This document shows positions 1-8,403 of a DNA stretch of 36,717 nucleotides, in pieces. The notes under the pieces are model-generated. The model had not been told where the DNA came from and made no database searches. It saw nothing but the letters and a program-made list of their open reading frames with translations. This DNA is from a virus. The first letter of the stretch is position 1. The number at the start of each line of letters is the position of its first letter. A program made the translations under genes and the position numbers. The stretch lies in IMG/VR virus record IMGVR_UViG_3300023231_000002, positions 1-36,717 of that record. The stretch is one strand, 5' to 3'.

Positions 1-127
1 GTTGTAAACCATTTAAGAAAGTGTAGTTTCTATTTTTGTACGCAAATGATCAACGTCTTTTTTGAAAAGTATATCGCAATTCCAAGGAAAGTACCCGTTC
101 ATAAAATCGCCTCCATAAATGAAAACG
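1..127. repeat. Terminal direct repeat, copy 1 (circular-assembly overlap)
   Basis: Read base by base: 1..127 is identical to 36591..36717 (127/127). Confidence 0.95.
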
Positions 128-279
128 CTAAATCCATAAGTTTCTGTATATATTTCAATATAATTACCTGCTTTATTAGTGAAGCTTATTTTAATTCCTA
201 AGCGTTTATTATTTACTACATCTTGTCCTTTAGAGGTAAAACCATTTGCTAGTATCGATTTGTAAATGTCTTGTATCAT
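13..279 (-). CDS. Hypothetical protein, 88 aa
   Basis: ATG at 279..277 checked. Lies in the low-GC small-gene block. No recognisable motif. Confidence 0.55.
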   Translation of the reverse strand: MIQDIYKSILANGFTSKGQDVVNNKRLGIKISFTNKAGNYIEIYTETYGFSVFIYGGDFMNGYFPWNCDILFKKDVDHLRTKIETTLS

Positions 280-445
280 ATTTATTAATTTTGTGTTTAA
301 AAACGGTGTACAACAATATATAAAAATAATAGCGTTTCCGTGCTTAATCGGTGGTTTATACTTATTTATTTAGTCTGTTTAGTACTCGAAATTCTGTTTG
401 TTTTTATCGCTACTATTCTTATATTTAACGTTGTAGATAATAAAT

Positions 446-685
446 TTACCTGCGTTTTCGCTTTTTACGTTTCTTTCGGTTTTTTATGCAAGTCTGCTCG
501 TGCTTCTTGTAGTTTGGAATAGGTTCTTTCGGGTCAATCCAAGGTTCTTTAAATTCAGGAAGTCTTGTGATTAAAAATGGTTCAGGTTCTCTTAAATCGG
601 TAAATTGACTATCTACAACATCATGTAAAACACATATATTATTAGTGTTTCCCGATCCTATTACTACTATTTTCTTTGAATCCAT
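446..685 (-). CDS. Hypothetical protein, 79 aa, with poly-basic C-terminal tail (KNRKKRKKRKRR)
   Basis: ATG at 685..683 checked. The Lys/Arg-rich tail suggests nucleic-acid binding, but only weakly. Confidence 0.5.
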   Translation of the reverse strand: MDSKKIVVIGSGNTNNICVLHDVVDSQFTDLREPEPFLITRLPEFKEPWIDPKEPIPNYKKHEQTCIKNRKKRKKRKRR

Positions 686-725
686 AATATACGTTTTTTA
701 CATACGGGCGTTGCAGGTAATAAGA

Positions 726-953
726 CTACTCACCGTAGTGTTTAACGCAGGCAAGAGCAACATCTATCAAAGCATCATTTGCCTCTTTTTCTGTATCAAA
801 TACAGGCTGTGTACTTAACATTAGTTTGTGAATGTCACCATCTCTTGTCATATAACAGAAAGAGGCAAACTTTCCGTTATCATTTTTAGCTGAGGTTACC
901 ATAATATTTTCAGGATAATTGCCTGCTAATTCCATTGCTGTTAATACTGTCAT
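726..953 (-). CDS. Hypothetical protein, 75 aa
   Basis: ATG at 953..951 checked. No motif recognised. Confidence 0.55.
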   Translation of the reverse strand: MTVLTAMELAGNYPENIMVTSAKNDNGKFASFCYMTRDGDIHKLMLSTQPVFDTEKEANDALIDVALACVKHYGE

Positions 954-1010
954 TTGTTTTATATTTAAGTTATTAGTTTCAATTCCGTAGGCTTACATAC
1001 CCACAACAAT

Positions 1011-1054
1011 GGCTAAAACTCAACCCTGCGGGTCGCTTCGCTTGAGTTTTAGCC
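1011..1054 (-). other. Perfect 13-bp stem hairpin (ggctaaaactcaa / ttgagttttagcc) with GC-rich 18-nt loop; possible U-tract-less terminator
   Basis: Arms 1011..1023 and 1042..1054 are exact reverse complements. The hairpin sits 17 nt downstream of the stop of gene 1071..1277. No U-run follows it on the minus strand. Confidence 0.35.
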
Positions 1055-1070
1055 AAACCGTTAGCTGTCA

Positions 1071-1277
1071 TTAAAACCGCTTCGATTTACGAATTTCTTT
1101 AATTAATTTTTTCACTTCTCTATAATGTTGTTCACACATTGGTACGGCATCTGCTTCGTGGTTATCAATCATTTCTTCGAGCAGGCGTAATGAACGAACA
1201 AGCAACGAACCGCTAACATCGGCTATAAAATCATTGCCGTTCTGTGCTTTATCCGAGGTTTCGTTCTCTTTATTCAT
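1071..1277 (-). CDS. Hypothetical protein, 68 aa
   Basis: ATG at 1277..1275 checked. No motif recognised. Confidence 0.55.
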   Translation of the reverse strand: MNKENETSDKAQNGNDFIADVSGSLLVRSLRLLEEMIDNHEADAVPMCEQHYREVKKLIKEIRKSKRF

Positions 1278-1346
1278 TTTGTGTTTAATTTAAAAGTTAG
1301 TGCGTTTTAACGGCAACGCTTCATAGCCGTAGCCGTTAGGGTGCAT

Positions 1347-1646
1347 TTAGAGAAAGATCGTCACAACCCAACCCGATAATAAAGTAAATCCAGCCATTAA
1401 AACTACAAATACCATATTAGTTGCAAATGTTTCCCAAAACTTATCTTTATCAGATTCTTTATCTATTTTTGCTTTAATAAAATTGATTAAGAATATTATT
1501 CCAATTGCTTCGACAACCCTTAAAGGCTGCATTTGAAATATTGGTACAATAAACCATAACCATAGTTTTGAAAAAACAAAACCGTTAATAATTGGGCTAA
1601 TAATCATAGCCAACAATACTGTCATAAATTTTCCGAAATTTTCCAT
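1347..1646 (-). CDS. Small integral membrane protein, 99 aa
   Basis: The ORF-track start at 1703 is TTG. The first ATG is at 1646 (MENFGKFMTVLLAMI...). The protein has three hydrophobic segments. Confidence 0.55.
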   Translation of the reverse strand: MENFGKFMTVLLAMIISPIINGFVFSKLWLWFIVPIFQMQPLRVVEAIGIIFLINFIKAKIDKESDKDKFWETFATNMVFVVLMAGFTLLSGWVVTIFL

Positions 1647-1807
1647 TTTAATTGATTTTAGATGAATAAATAATAAACGACACCCTAACAATGTATATAG
1701 CAAATTGGGGGTGTCGTTCCAGTTTGCAATATTTGTGCTGTTAATTTACTTTATGTAGCTCGATAGGGTAGCGCATTTTAATCCCCAACTTGCCATATAC
1801 TTAACGT

Positions 1808-2098
1808 TTATAAGCAACCTAAAACGACATCGTAGCTAGCCATAAAAATATCATGCTTACATGGGTAATACTCTCCTTTAACTCCACGAATAATCCAGTC
1901 AGCGTGAGTAATTTTCATATCTCCTTCAAGTGTTCTAATTGCTAAGTGAGAAGTTCCGCTCATGTTTGATATATTCCTGTGTTCATTTGGGTCGTCCCAA
2001 ACCTTTACGAGTACTTCATTTGGGTTATCGCCAAATGATTCGATAAACTCTTTAATGTTAGAGTAAATCGGTGCAGTATATTGAATTGCATCAATCAC
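1808..2098 (-). CDS. Hypothetical protein, 96 aa (GTG start)
   Basis: The start codon at 2098..2096 is GTG, and the next in-frame Met is residue 46. The C-terminal G-x-KGE-YYPCK-x-DIF pattern recalls small phage beta-barrel proteins, but I cannot name the family with confidence. Confidence 0.45.
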   Translation of the reverse strand: MIDAIQYTAPIYSNIKEFIESFGDNPNEVLVKVWDDPNEHRNISNMSGTSHLAIRTLEGDMKITHADWIIRGVKGEYYPCKHDIFMASYDVVLGCL

Positions 2099-2315
2099 TA
2101 CTGGTTTCTTTTTAAATTTTTACATTGTTTTTTTTTATTTTAAATTGTTATTAATTAAGTCCATGAAAAAGGCAGCTTATAACAGCACCTACCCAAAAGA
2201 GGGGTTTTAGTGGTTATATGGAGTTCTGTACTTCGGTTATTATTCATTTTTATATTCAAAATTTGTGCTTCGTAATCCCCTCCTTCGGGTAGCTGCATCA
2301 CGTTAACTACAATCA

Positions 2316-2651
2316 CTACTTTAGGAGTTCTAATAAATAGTTTGCGTGACAGGGAGAAGAAAGAGAACAAAAGCAAGCGAGGTTTTTACCCTTCAATTCG
2401 TTTAAATCTAATTTCTTTAATCCTATTTGTCCGTCAATCCAACAGCTATAACATTCAACGGCTTTTTCGGCAGCACCTTCTTTTTCTGTGTATAATATAC
2501 CACAGTAATTGCCATCCTTATCTCTTACAACCCAATAACCAGCCTCAAATAAAACCTTGAAGGGATTTCCCCATTTAGTGCCTCTATTAACACATTTAGT
2601 ATTTTCAGGTAGTTTAAATCCTTTTGTTCTCTTTCTTTGTACTCGTATCAT
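2316..2651 (-). CDS. DUF4326 domain protein, 111 aa
   Basis: N-terminal RKRTKGFKLPEN...NRGTKWGNPF and C-terminal KGKNLACFC...PCHANYLLELL match the DUF4326 pattern as I remember it. Confidence 0.7.
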   Translation of the reverse strand: MIRVQRKRTKGFKLPENTKCVNRGTKWGNPFKVLFEAGYWVVRDKDGNYCGILYTEKEGAAEKAVECYSCWIDGQIGLKKLDLNELKGKNLACFCSLSSPCHANYLLELLK

Positions 2652-2788
2652 AATTTCGTTTTTAATTACCCGTGCCAGTAGTTAACACGGTATATAATTT
2701 ATAAGCCAATTAAGGCTTGTTTTTAATTTGTAAATTTTGTGCTATGGCTTACAAAACCATATACTCAACGTTGTAGGCAATAAGCCTA

Positions 2789-3034
2789 CTAAGATTTATG
2801 ATTAGGAAAGTATTGTTTTTGTTCTTTCTTAGATAGTTTTCTGCCACCTCCAGCCACTTTTCCAAATAGTGTTACGGTTGGTATATCGTAATCCTTTAAA
2901 TAGTGATATCCCGCCATTGGTATATTAGTGCTTATGGTAGAAAATACATCTCCGTAATTTTCGCATAATACAGCAACCTCTTTTAATACATTATTTTCAA
3001 ATGTTAAATGTGTCTCTAAAATATTGTAATTCAT
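2789..3034 (-). CDS. Hypothetical protein, 81 aa
   Basis: ATG at 3034..3032 checked. This is the last gene of the low-GC block. Its stop is followed by a 6-bp hairpin (2773..2789). Confidence 0.5.
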   Translation of the reverse strand: MNYNILETHLTFENNVLKEVAVLCENYGDVFSTISTNIPMAGYHYLKDYDIPTVTLFGKVAGGGRKLSKKEQKQYFPNHKS

Positions 3035-3045
3035 TTTCGTTGTTT

Positions 3046-3330
3046 TTAATTATTACTCTGGATGTATTTTGGCACACCATGCTCTCTGTGAGTTTCGCTG
3101 GCTGTGCTCATCACATATATCCGGCCCAAATCAATCATTTTTTTGAGGAGCTTGCCATCTGTTGTTTTTGTGAGAATCAGCAGCTTGCTCTCATCACCCT
3201 CAAAAATCATGTAGGGCTTTTGATAATAAACATCACAATGGGGATCAGATTTTTTGAGCCCGTTTGAGAAATCACCCAAATGGGCTTTTCTCCAATAGAT
3301 TTCTGTTTTTATCAGATCAGGATAAATCAT
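3046..3330 (-). CDS. Hypothetical protein, 94 aa
   Basis: ORF-track ORF 3046..3432 trimmed to the internal ATG at 3330 (MIYPDLIK...). Its first 34 codons are simply the translation of the 10-bp iteron array. Confidence 0.5.
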   Translation of the reverse strand: MIYPDLIKTEIYWRKAHLGDFSNGLKKSDPHCDVYYQKPYMIFEGDESKLLILTKTTDGKLLKKMIDLGRIYVMSTASETHREHGVPKYIQSNN

Positions 3331-3368
3331 GATTTTTTCAGTTTTTAAAAGTTTGGAGCAAAAAAGTG

Positions 3369-3445
3369 AATCCAACAAACCTACAAACCAACAGCATCCA
3401 ACAGAAAACGGCACTAATCCAACAGAATCCAACAGAATCCAACAG
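3369..3445. repeat. Iteron array: six copies of AATCCAACAG (three perfect tandem copies)
   Basis: Perfect copies at 3416, 3426 and 3436. Copies matching 9/10 at 3369, 3385 and 3395. The array lies in the 218-bp gap downstream of the primase-helicase gene and is followed by a very AT-rich tract (3446..3548). Confidence 0.75.
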
Positions 3446-3548
3446 TGATTTGATAGTTATATTATTGATTTTTAAAAACTTAAGATATTTGTAGGTCTGT
3501 AGGTTTCGTTTTTTCATTTTCACTAGCTTTTATGATATTTTTTAAAAA

Positions 3549-6500
3549 TCATCCATTAAATGGAATCTCATTATTTTCCCCACTTCCTCCACCCTGCAAG
3601 CGATTCCCCAAATCATTAAGGGCTTTCTGAGGCTCAAATCTCCCATCACCCTCTGGATTTCCTGAATTTTTGTAATTAGTGGATGCTGTTGGTTTCCCCA
3701 TGTTTATCAGGTCAATCCCCAGCTTTTTGTTGGATAGCACCATGGCAGATGTGATTTTTCGGGCAGAATTTGGCCGAGTGAATGCTGTGGATTTATAAAT
3801 CCCCACATAGGCTGGGCTGTTTTCAAGGTATTTTAAAAGGCTCTGCTTGTTCATTCCATTCCTTCCATACTGCTGGCGATATGAGCGCAAATATTCAGCA
3901 TGGATTTCATTTAATCGAATGAAAAGCATCTCCTCATGGCCACAAGGGAATTTCTGTTCAATGCCTTTCCTTTTTACTTTTATAGATGGCCCCACCACAA
4001 ATTCATTTTTAAAATGCCACCCCTCCTCCAGCTGGCCATTGTCTGCCAGATATAGCACAATATTCCAAAACTCTCCCAGAGCATCAGAATTCTGTATGAG
4101 AGCAGAGATTTCCCCCACTTGAGAGGCACACCATTCCCGGATATATTTCTCATCCCATGGCAGCTTAAATCTCTGACTGATAAAAATCCCACATGCTGCC
4201 ACAGCAGCATAATTCCTGAGCACCCTATCTATATAATATATTTTTTCTTTATCTAGCTGGAGCCCAATCTCACTCATCACTTTTCCAAAAAGAGCACTGT
4301 ATCCTTTAGAAAATTGATCTCTGAGCTTTAAAATTTCAACTATCATCCCTGTGAGCTCATGCTCTGCTCCATTAATATCATTTTTTAGCATCTGATAGGC
4401 TGCTTTTTGAGCCTCAGAGAATTCTGAGGAGCTTTCAAATTCCAACAGCAAACATCTGGAAAGGGCAGAATTATCATCCCGAGTGCTCAAATATTGCCCT
4501 GTGAGCACAATAGCTGAATTATACTGCTGAGTTTCTGTTTTTTTCTTACTTCCTCCCTTCCCTCTCTGCCTGCCTGCTCCATCATAGGCTGCCTTGATAG
4601 CTTGGAACCTCTCCTCTCTCATTAAAGCATCATCAAACTCATCCAAATTCACCACACAGTTTTTATACTGATCCAGATATTTTGAAAAAGCAAAATCTGT
4701 GGCTTGATGAACATTCAAAGGAGGTATGAGCCCATTGTGAGGAGCAAAAAAAACAGATACCAGAGATCTGGCAAATTCAGATTTTCCAGATCCTTTTGGG
4801 CCAAAGCAGCTCATCATTGGAGTTTTGCCCACAGCTTTATTCACCAAATCTTTAAACAGGCCCACCAAACAGAATGCAGCTCCAGCCATAGCTTTCCCCG
4901 GATAGCACTCCTCTAATAGTTCACACCATTTCTCAAAATTAATTTTTGGTTCTACATATTTAAGGTACCTATCATTTGAATAGTGATCATCTGTGCCAGA
5001 TGCCTCCAGATAGATTTTGCTTATGGCTGGGGAGAAATATCTTTTATCCTCCAGATCCACAATCCCCATCTCTGAAAACGGAACCAGCGTTCCATTGTGC
5101 CATGCCATATTGAACCAAGAGAAAAATCCATTTTGCTGCCATCCCAAGCTCTCCAGCTCCATGCATGATGGGAAATTCCCTGATATTTTACTCAATATCC
5201 TCATGAGCTCTGATCCATTCCCTGCAAAAAGAAAGTTTCCCTGATCATAACAAACCTTTTTAAAAGCCTCCAGAGAAACCAGAGCAGAACTCTCAATATC
5301 AATCACCTGCTGATTGAATCCATTATCAATCTCAATCAATCTTTTGTTATTATCAATATTCATGATGTGAAAAAATGGCTTTACAATAAAATTGCTCACA
5401 TTCACTCCATCTTTCCCATTCTGCTTTTGAAAATAGTATCCTGTTTTTTCCTTCTCAATCAGCTCATAAAATCCCCACTTGATAAACTCCCCCTCATCCA
5501 CCCCCACTGGCAGAGCTCTTTGATCCTGTTTCAAAACCTGATGGCCAGCCTTTCCTTTTTCAATCCTTGAAAGTTCTTTTTGAAATATAGACGCACTCAC
5601 TTTGAGCTTCTTTGCAATCTGCTTGGAGTATCTATCTCTCACAATATCACTGGGCAATAAAAGCAAAATCTCACAGATACTTTCTGCTGCATTTGCCAGC
5701 TCCATTGGATTATCCCCAGCAGCTGCCCAATATTCAGCAGCTGCCCACAAAACAGCATCTTGAGAGCAGGCATTTAACTCAATGGAACCACCCCCAGAGA
5801 GGATTTTATCTGCATCTTTTCCTCCCTCGGGGATTGATACCTGAATTTTTGAAAATCCGGCCTCAATACAGGTGGGAATATCTTTTAAAATGGATTTTCT
5901 CCCTGGCCCATCATCATCTTTCATGATATAGATGGCATCCGTATATCTCCGGGCCAGTTTAGCCTGCTCTATTGTGAAGGAAGTGCCGGAAGGGGCCACA
6001 GCTTGAGGATGCCCATGCTGATGGCATGAAATCACATCATGATAGCCCTCCACCAATATAAAAAATGGGATCTGTTTCTGAGCATTCAAAACTTGATGCA
6101 AACCAAACAGCACCCGGCTTTTATTATAAACAATACTTTCATGGGAGTTGAAATATTTCACATCCCCATCCTCCAGAGCTCTCCCTCCAAATCCCACAAT
6201 ATTATCCCGCTCATCATAAATGGGATAAATTGTTCTATTTCTGAAAAAATCAAAATTCTTTGAATTCTTTGTGCTGCAAAGCCCCAGCTCTTTAGCCAGC
6301 AGATAATCCTCTGGATGATCATTTATCAATTTATCAGTGATGAATCTCCATCCATCTGGAGCAAATCCAATCAGAAACTGATCAGCAGTTTCCTGATCCA
6401 CCCCTCTTTTATCTCTGATATATCCAGCCCCTGCATGATCAGCCATCTCCCAATTCTCAGCAATTTCCTTGTGATAGGTGTGAGCAATCCTGTTGATGAG

Positions 6501-6851
6501 CTTGAGCATGGCCTGCTTTTTATCCTTTTTCCCCTTTTGCTCCTCCACATCCACATCCTCCAGCTCAATTGAGATATTGTATTTATCAGCCAGCCAAGTG
6601 ATGGCCGTTGGATAATCCATTTTTTCATGCTCCATCAGAAAAGTGATGGCATTTCCCTTTTTATCACATCCAAAGCATTTAAAAATCCCTTTTTTCTCTA
6701 AAACTGAAAAGCTCGGAGTTTTCTCCCCGTGGAAAGGGCAGCAAGCTTTATTTTTTTTGAGTGATATAAAATGGCCCACCACCTCAGAAATGGAAATTCT
6801 GGATTTTACCTCACTGATTGTTTTTTCTGAAATCATTTTTTCCTCCCCCAT
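3549..6851 (-). CDS. DNA primase (CHC2 zinc finger + Toprim) fused to a P-loop helicase-like ATPase, about 1100 aa
   Basis: CHC2 finger: CCPFHGEKTPSF...FKCFGCDKKGN. Toprim: ILVEGYHDV ... MKDDDGPGRK. Walker A: CFGPKGSGKSEF. Walker B: VVNLDEFDD. An alternative start ATG at 6836 forms an ATGA overlap with the upstream stop. Confidence 0.9.
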   Translation of the reverse strand: MGEEKMISEKTISEVKSRISISEVVGHFISLKKNKACCPFHGEKTPSFSVLEKKGIFKCFGCDKKGNAITFLMEHEKMDYPTAITWLADKYNISIELEDVDVEEQKGKKDKKQAMLKLINRIAHTYHKEIAENWEMADHAGAGYIRDKRGVDQETADQFLIGFAPDGWRFITDKLINDHPEDYLLAKELGLCSTKNSKNFDFFRNRTIYPIYDERDNIVGFGGRALEDGDVKYFNSHESIVYNKSRVLFGLHQVLNAQKQIPFFILVEGYHDVISCHQHGHPQAVAPSGTSFTIEQAKLARRYTDAIYIMKDDDGPGRKSILKDIPTCIEAGFSKIQVSIPEGGKDADKILSGGGSIELNACSQDAVLWAAAEYWAAAGDNPMELANAAESICEILLLLPSDIVRDRYSKQIAKKLKVSASIFQKELSRIEKGKAGHQVLKQDQRALPVGVDEGEFIKWGFYELIEKEKTGYYFQKQNGKDGVNVSNFIVKPFFHIMNIDNNKRLIEIDNGFNQQVIDIESSALVSLEAFKKVCYDQGNFLFAGNGSELMRILSKISGNFPSCMELESLGWQQNGFFSWFNMAWHNGTLVPFSEMGIVDLEDKRYFSPAISKIYLEASGTDDHYSNDRYLKYVEPKINFEKWCELLEECYPGKAMAGAAFCLVGLFKDLVNKAVGKTPMMSCFGPKGSGKSEFARSLVSVFFAPHNGLIPPLNVHQATDFAFSKYLDQYKNCVVNLDEFDDALMREERFQAIKAAYDGAGRQRGKGGSKKKTETQQYNSAIVLTGQYLSTRDDNSALSRCLLLEFESSSEFSEAQKAAYQMLKNDINGAEHELTGMIVEILKLRDQFSKGYSALFGKVMSEIGLQLDKEKIYYIDRVLRNYAAVAACGIFISQRFKLPWDEKYIREWCASQVGEISALIQNSDALGEFWNIVLYLADNGQLEEGWHFKNEFVVGPSIKVKRKGIEQKFPCGHEEMLFIRLNEIHAEYLRSYRQQYGRNGMNKQSLLKYLENSPAYVGIYKSTAFTRPNSARKITSAMVLSNKKLGIDLINMGKPTASTNYKNSGNPEGDGRFEPQKALNDLGNRLQGGGSGENNEIPFNG

Positions 6852-7279
6852 GCTTTAACCATTGAAACCACTGCTCTCAAAAACCCCAAAACCCTCTCTT
6901 TAAATGATGGCCTCCTCCTCCTCACACTTTTTGCCTGTGGGGATTTTTTCTCATGAAAATCTTTACCTTTCCTTTTCTCCTCCACAGGCAGATTCATGAT
7001 GGCCTGCACATAAGCATCCACAGCTCCCCATCCATGAGATTTCAAAAGCCTCATCATTTCTTTTTCGTGATCTATATAATCAGAAACCATGGCCATATAA
7101 TATTTACTTGATATGATGGCCACCTCTTTTCCCTTCACTTTTATGCTTTTCATCCCCCTATTCAGAAGTGCCTCCCCCAGCATTGACCTCCGGCACAGAA
7201 TAGCCTTTCCCTTTTGATCTGTTTTTAAAACTAAAGGCAAGTTTTTTGAATAGGCTCTAATTTTCCCCCGCTTACTCAT
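6833..7279 (-). CDS. Hypothetical basic protein, 148 aa (replication module)
   Basis: The ORF-track start at 7336 is TTG. The ATG at 7279 (MSKRGKIRAY...) overlaps the upstream stop by 8 nt. No motif recognised. Confidence 0.5.
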   Translation of the reverse strand: MSKRGKIRAYSKNLPLVLKTDQKGKAILCRRSMLGEALLNRGMKSIKVKGKEVAIISSKYYMAMVSDYIDHEKEMMRLLKSHGWGAVDAYVQAIMNLPVEEKRKGKDFHEKKSPQAKSVRRRRPSFKERVLGFLRAVVSMVKAWGRKK

Positions 7280-7691
7280 GGCCCACCTCCAATCCTTTGC
7301 TTTTCTTATCAAGGATCTCATCAATTTCTGAAACAATTAATTTGATTGAATCATAAAGAGAAAAATCCCTTTGGATTACTTTTCTGCTGTGAATAACAGT
7401 GGCATGATCTTTCCCTCCATAGAATCTCCCAATGTCCTGAAATGGCTGAATGGTGTACCTACAGCAGAAAAACATGGCCATCTGTCTGGGGAATAGAATT
7501 TTTCTATCTCTACTCTTGATTTTCACCTCCTCGGAGGTGATTCCAAAATAATTGCACACCACCTCATTGATTCCCTCAATTTCCAGCTTGTAGGGAGTGT
7601 TTTTTCCTCTAGTGCCTGTTTTGATGGCCAGCATTGCAATCATATCAATGCTGTTTGTATCTATCTTACTATTACTAAATTCTATTATCAT
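7272..7691 (-). CDS. DnaA C-terminal (domain IV) DNA-binding protein, 139 aa
   Basis: FPRQMAMFFCCRY...IGRFYGGKDHATVIHSRKVIQ aligns by eye with E. coli DnaA domain IV (RPRQMAMALAKELT...[22 protein letters not shown]). There is no AAA+ domain. Confidence 0.8.
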   Translation of the reverse strand: MIIEFSNSKIDTNSIDMIAMLAIKTGTRGKNTPYKLEIEGINEVVCNYFGITSEEVKIKSRDRKILFPRQMAMFFCCRYTIQPFQDIGRFYGGKDHATVIHSRKVIQRDFSLYDSIKLIVSEIDEILDKKSKGLEVGHE

Positions 7692-8110
7692 CTTTTCATA
7701 GGATTTGTGGTGATTGGGCCAAGCTTTGCATCTGAAAACTGGATCAGTTTATTCCACCAATTCACTGGCTCTCCATTCTCAAAATCTTTTTCCCACTGGA
7801 TGTTTTCAAAAAAAACCAGCTCTTTTTTCATAGTATCAGCCATCCTCACTACTTCCATGGCTCTTTTGCATTTCATAAAGCCCGGCATGGTAACTATCAA
7901 ATTGGCCTGCAAAATTATGTAGGTGATTTGAGCCATGGTACTTGCATCATCATTGTGAGTGGCAAAAAAATGATTCCCAACAAAAGCTTTTGGAGGATCT
8001 TTTATCAGTTTCCACCTCCCCACAAGAGCAGTGAATTCCCTTTCTGATTTTGCTGCTTGATATTGGCTGCTAATAGGCCCAACAATGAATATCATCTCAT
8101 TTTTTCTCAT
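7688..8110 (-). CDS. DUF4406-like / nucleoside 2-deoxyribosyltransferase-like protein (tentative)
   Basis: IFIVGPISS near the N-terminus and LIVTMPGFMKCKRAMEV resemble the DUF4406 pattern (I-x-GP-x-S ... LPGW-x-S-x-GA-x-E). Start is ambiguous: GTG 8140, ATG 8110 or ATG 8095. Confidence 0.4.
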   Translation of the reverse strand: MRKNEMIFIVGPISSQYQAAKSEREFTALVGRWKLIKDPPKAFVGNHFFATHNDDASTMAQITYIILQANLIVTMPGFMKCKRAMEVVRMADTMKKELVFFENIQWEKDFENGEPVNWWNKLIQFSDAKLGPITTNPMKR

Positions 8111-8136
8111 GATTTTATTGATTTTAATTTCTTGGA

Positions 8137-8403
8137 TCACCCAAAAAATTCGGTTAATTCTGAAAGTATTTTTTCCCGTGATGATGAGCCTGCTCCGGGA
8201 ATGAGGGCATGGATTTCTGTTTTGTGATTGCTATAGAAAGCCCTCACTCCTTTATCTGATGCTTTTGGGTAGAATTCCACCCACTTTTTCACCACATTAA
8301 GCGGGTGAATAATCAGGGAATATGGCACCCGACTTTTCTCTGTTCGGATGAGAAATTCCCTCACCCTCACTACTTTTTTCAGCAGCATCATTCCTTTGCT
8401 CAT
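8137..8403 (-). CDS. Hypothetical protein, 88 aa
   Basis: ATG at 8403 forms an ATGA overlap with the upstream stop. Confidence 0.55.
   Translation of the reverse strand: MSKGMMLLKKVVRVREFLIRTEKSRVPYSLIIHPLNVVKKWVEFYPKASDKGVRAFYSNHKTEIHALIPGAGSSSREKILSELTEFFG

Noticed and set aside
2155-2376. 73-aa ORF between gene 1808..2098 and the DUF4326 gene
   Set aside because: Its 5' third overlaps the DUF4326 gene out of frame. Only a 47-aa remnant from an internal Met (2298) would be free-standing. There is too little evidence to call it, though a very small gene here cannot be excluded.
3369-3445. Possible CRISPR array
   Set aside because: The repeats are only 10 bp and mostly head-to-tail with no spacers of unique sequence, and there are no cas genes. 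This is iteron architecture, not CRISPR.
3338-3523. 61-aa ORF, and the N-terminal 34 codons of ORF 3046..3432, lying over the repeat array
   Set aside because: Their sequences (LLDSVGFCWISAVFCWMLL / DSVGLVPFSVGCCWFVGLLDS) are the periodic translation of the 10-bp iterons. The region is better explained as non-coding origin-like DNA.
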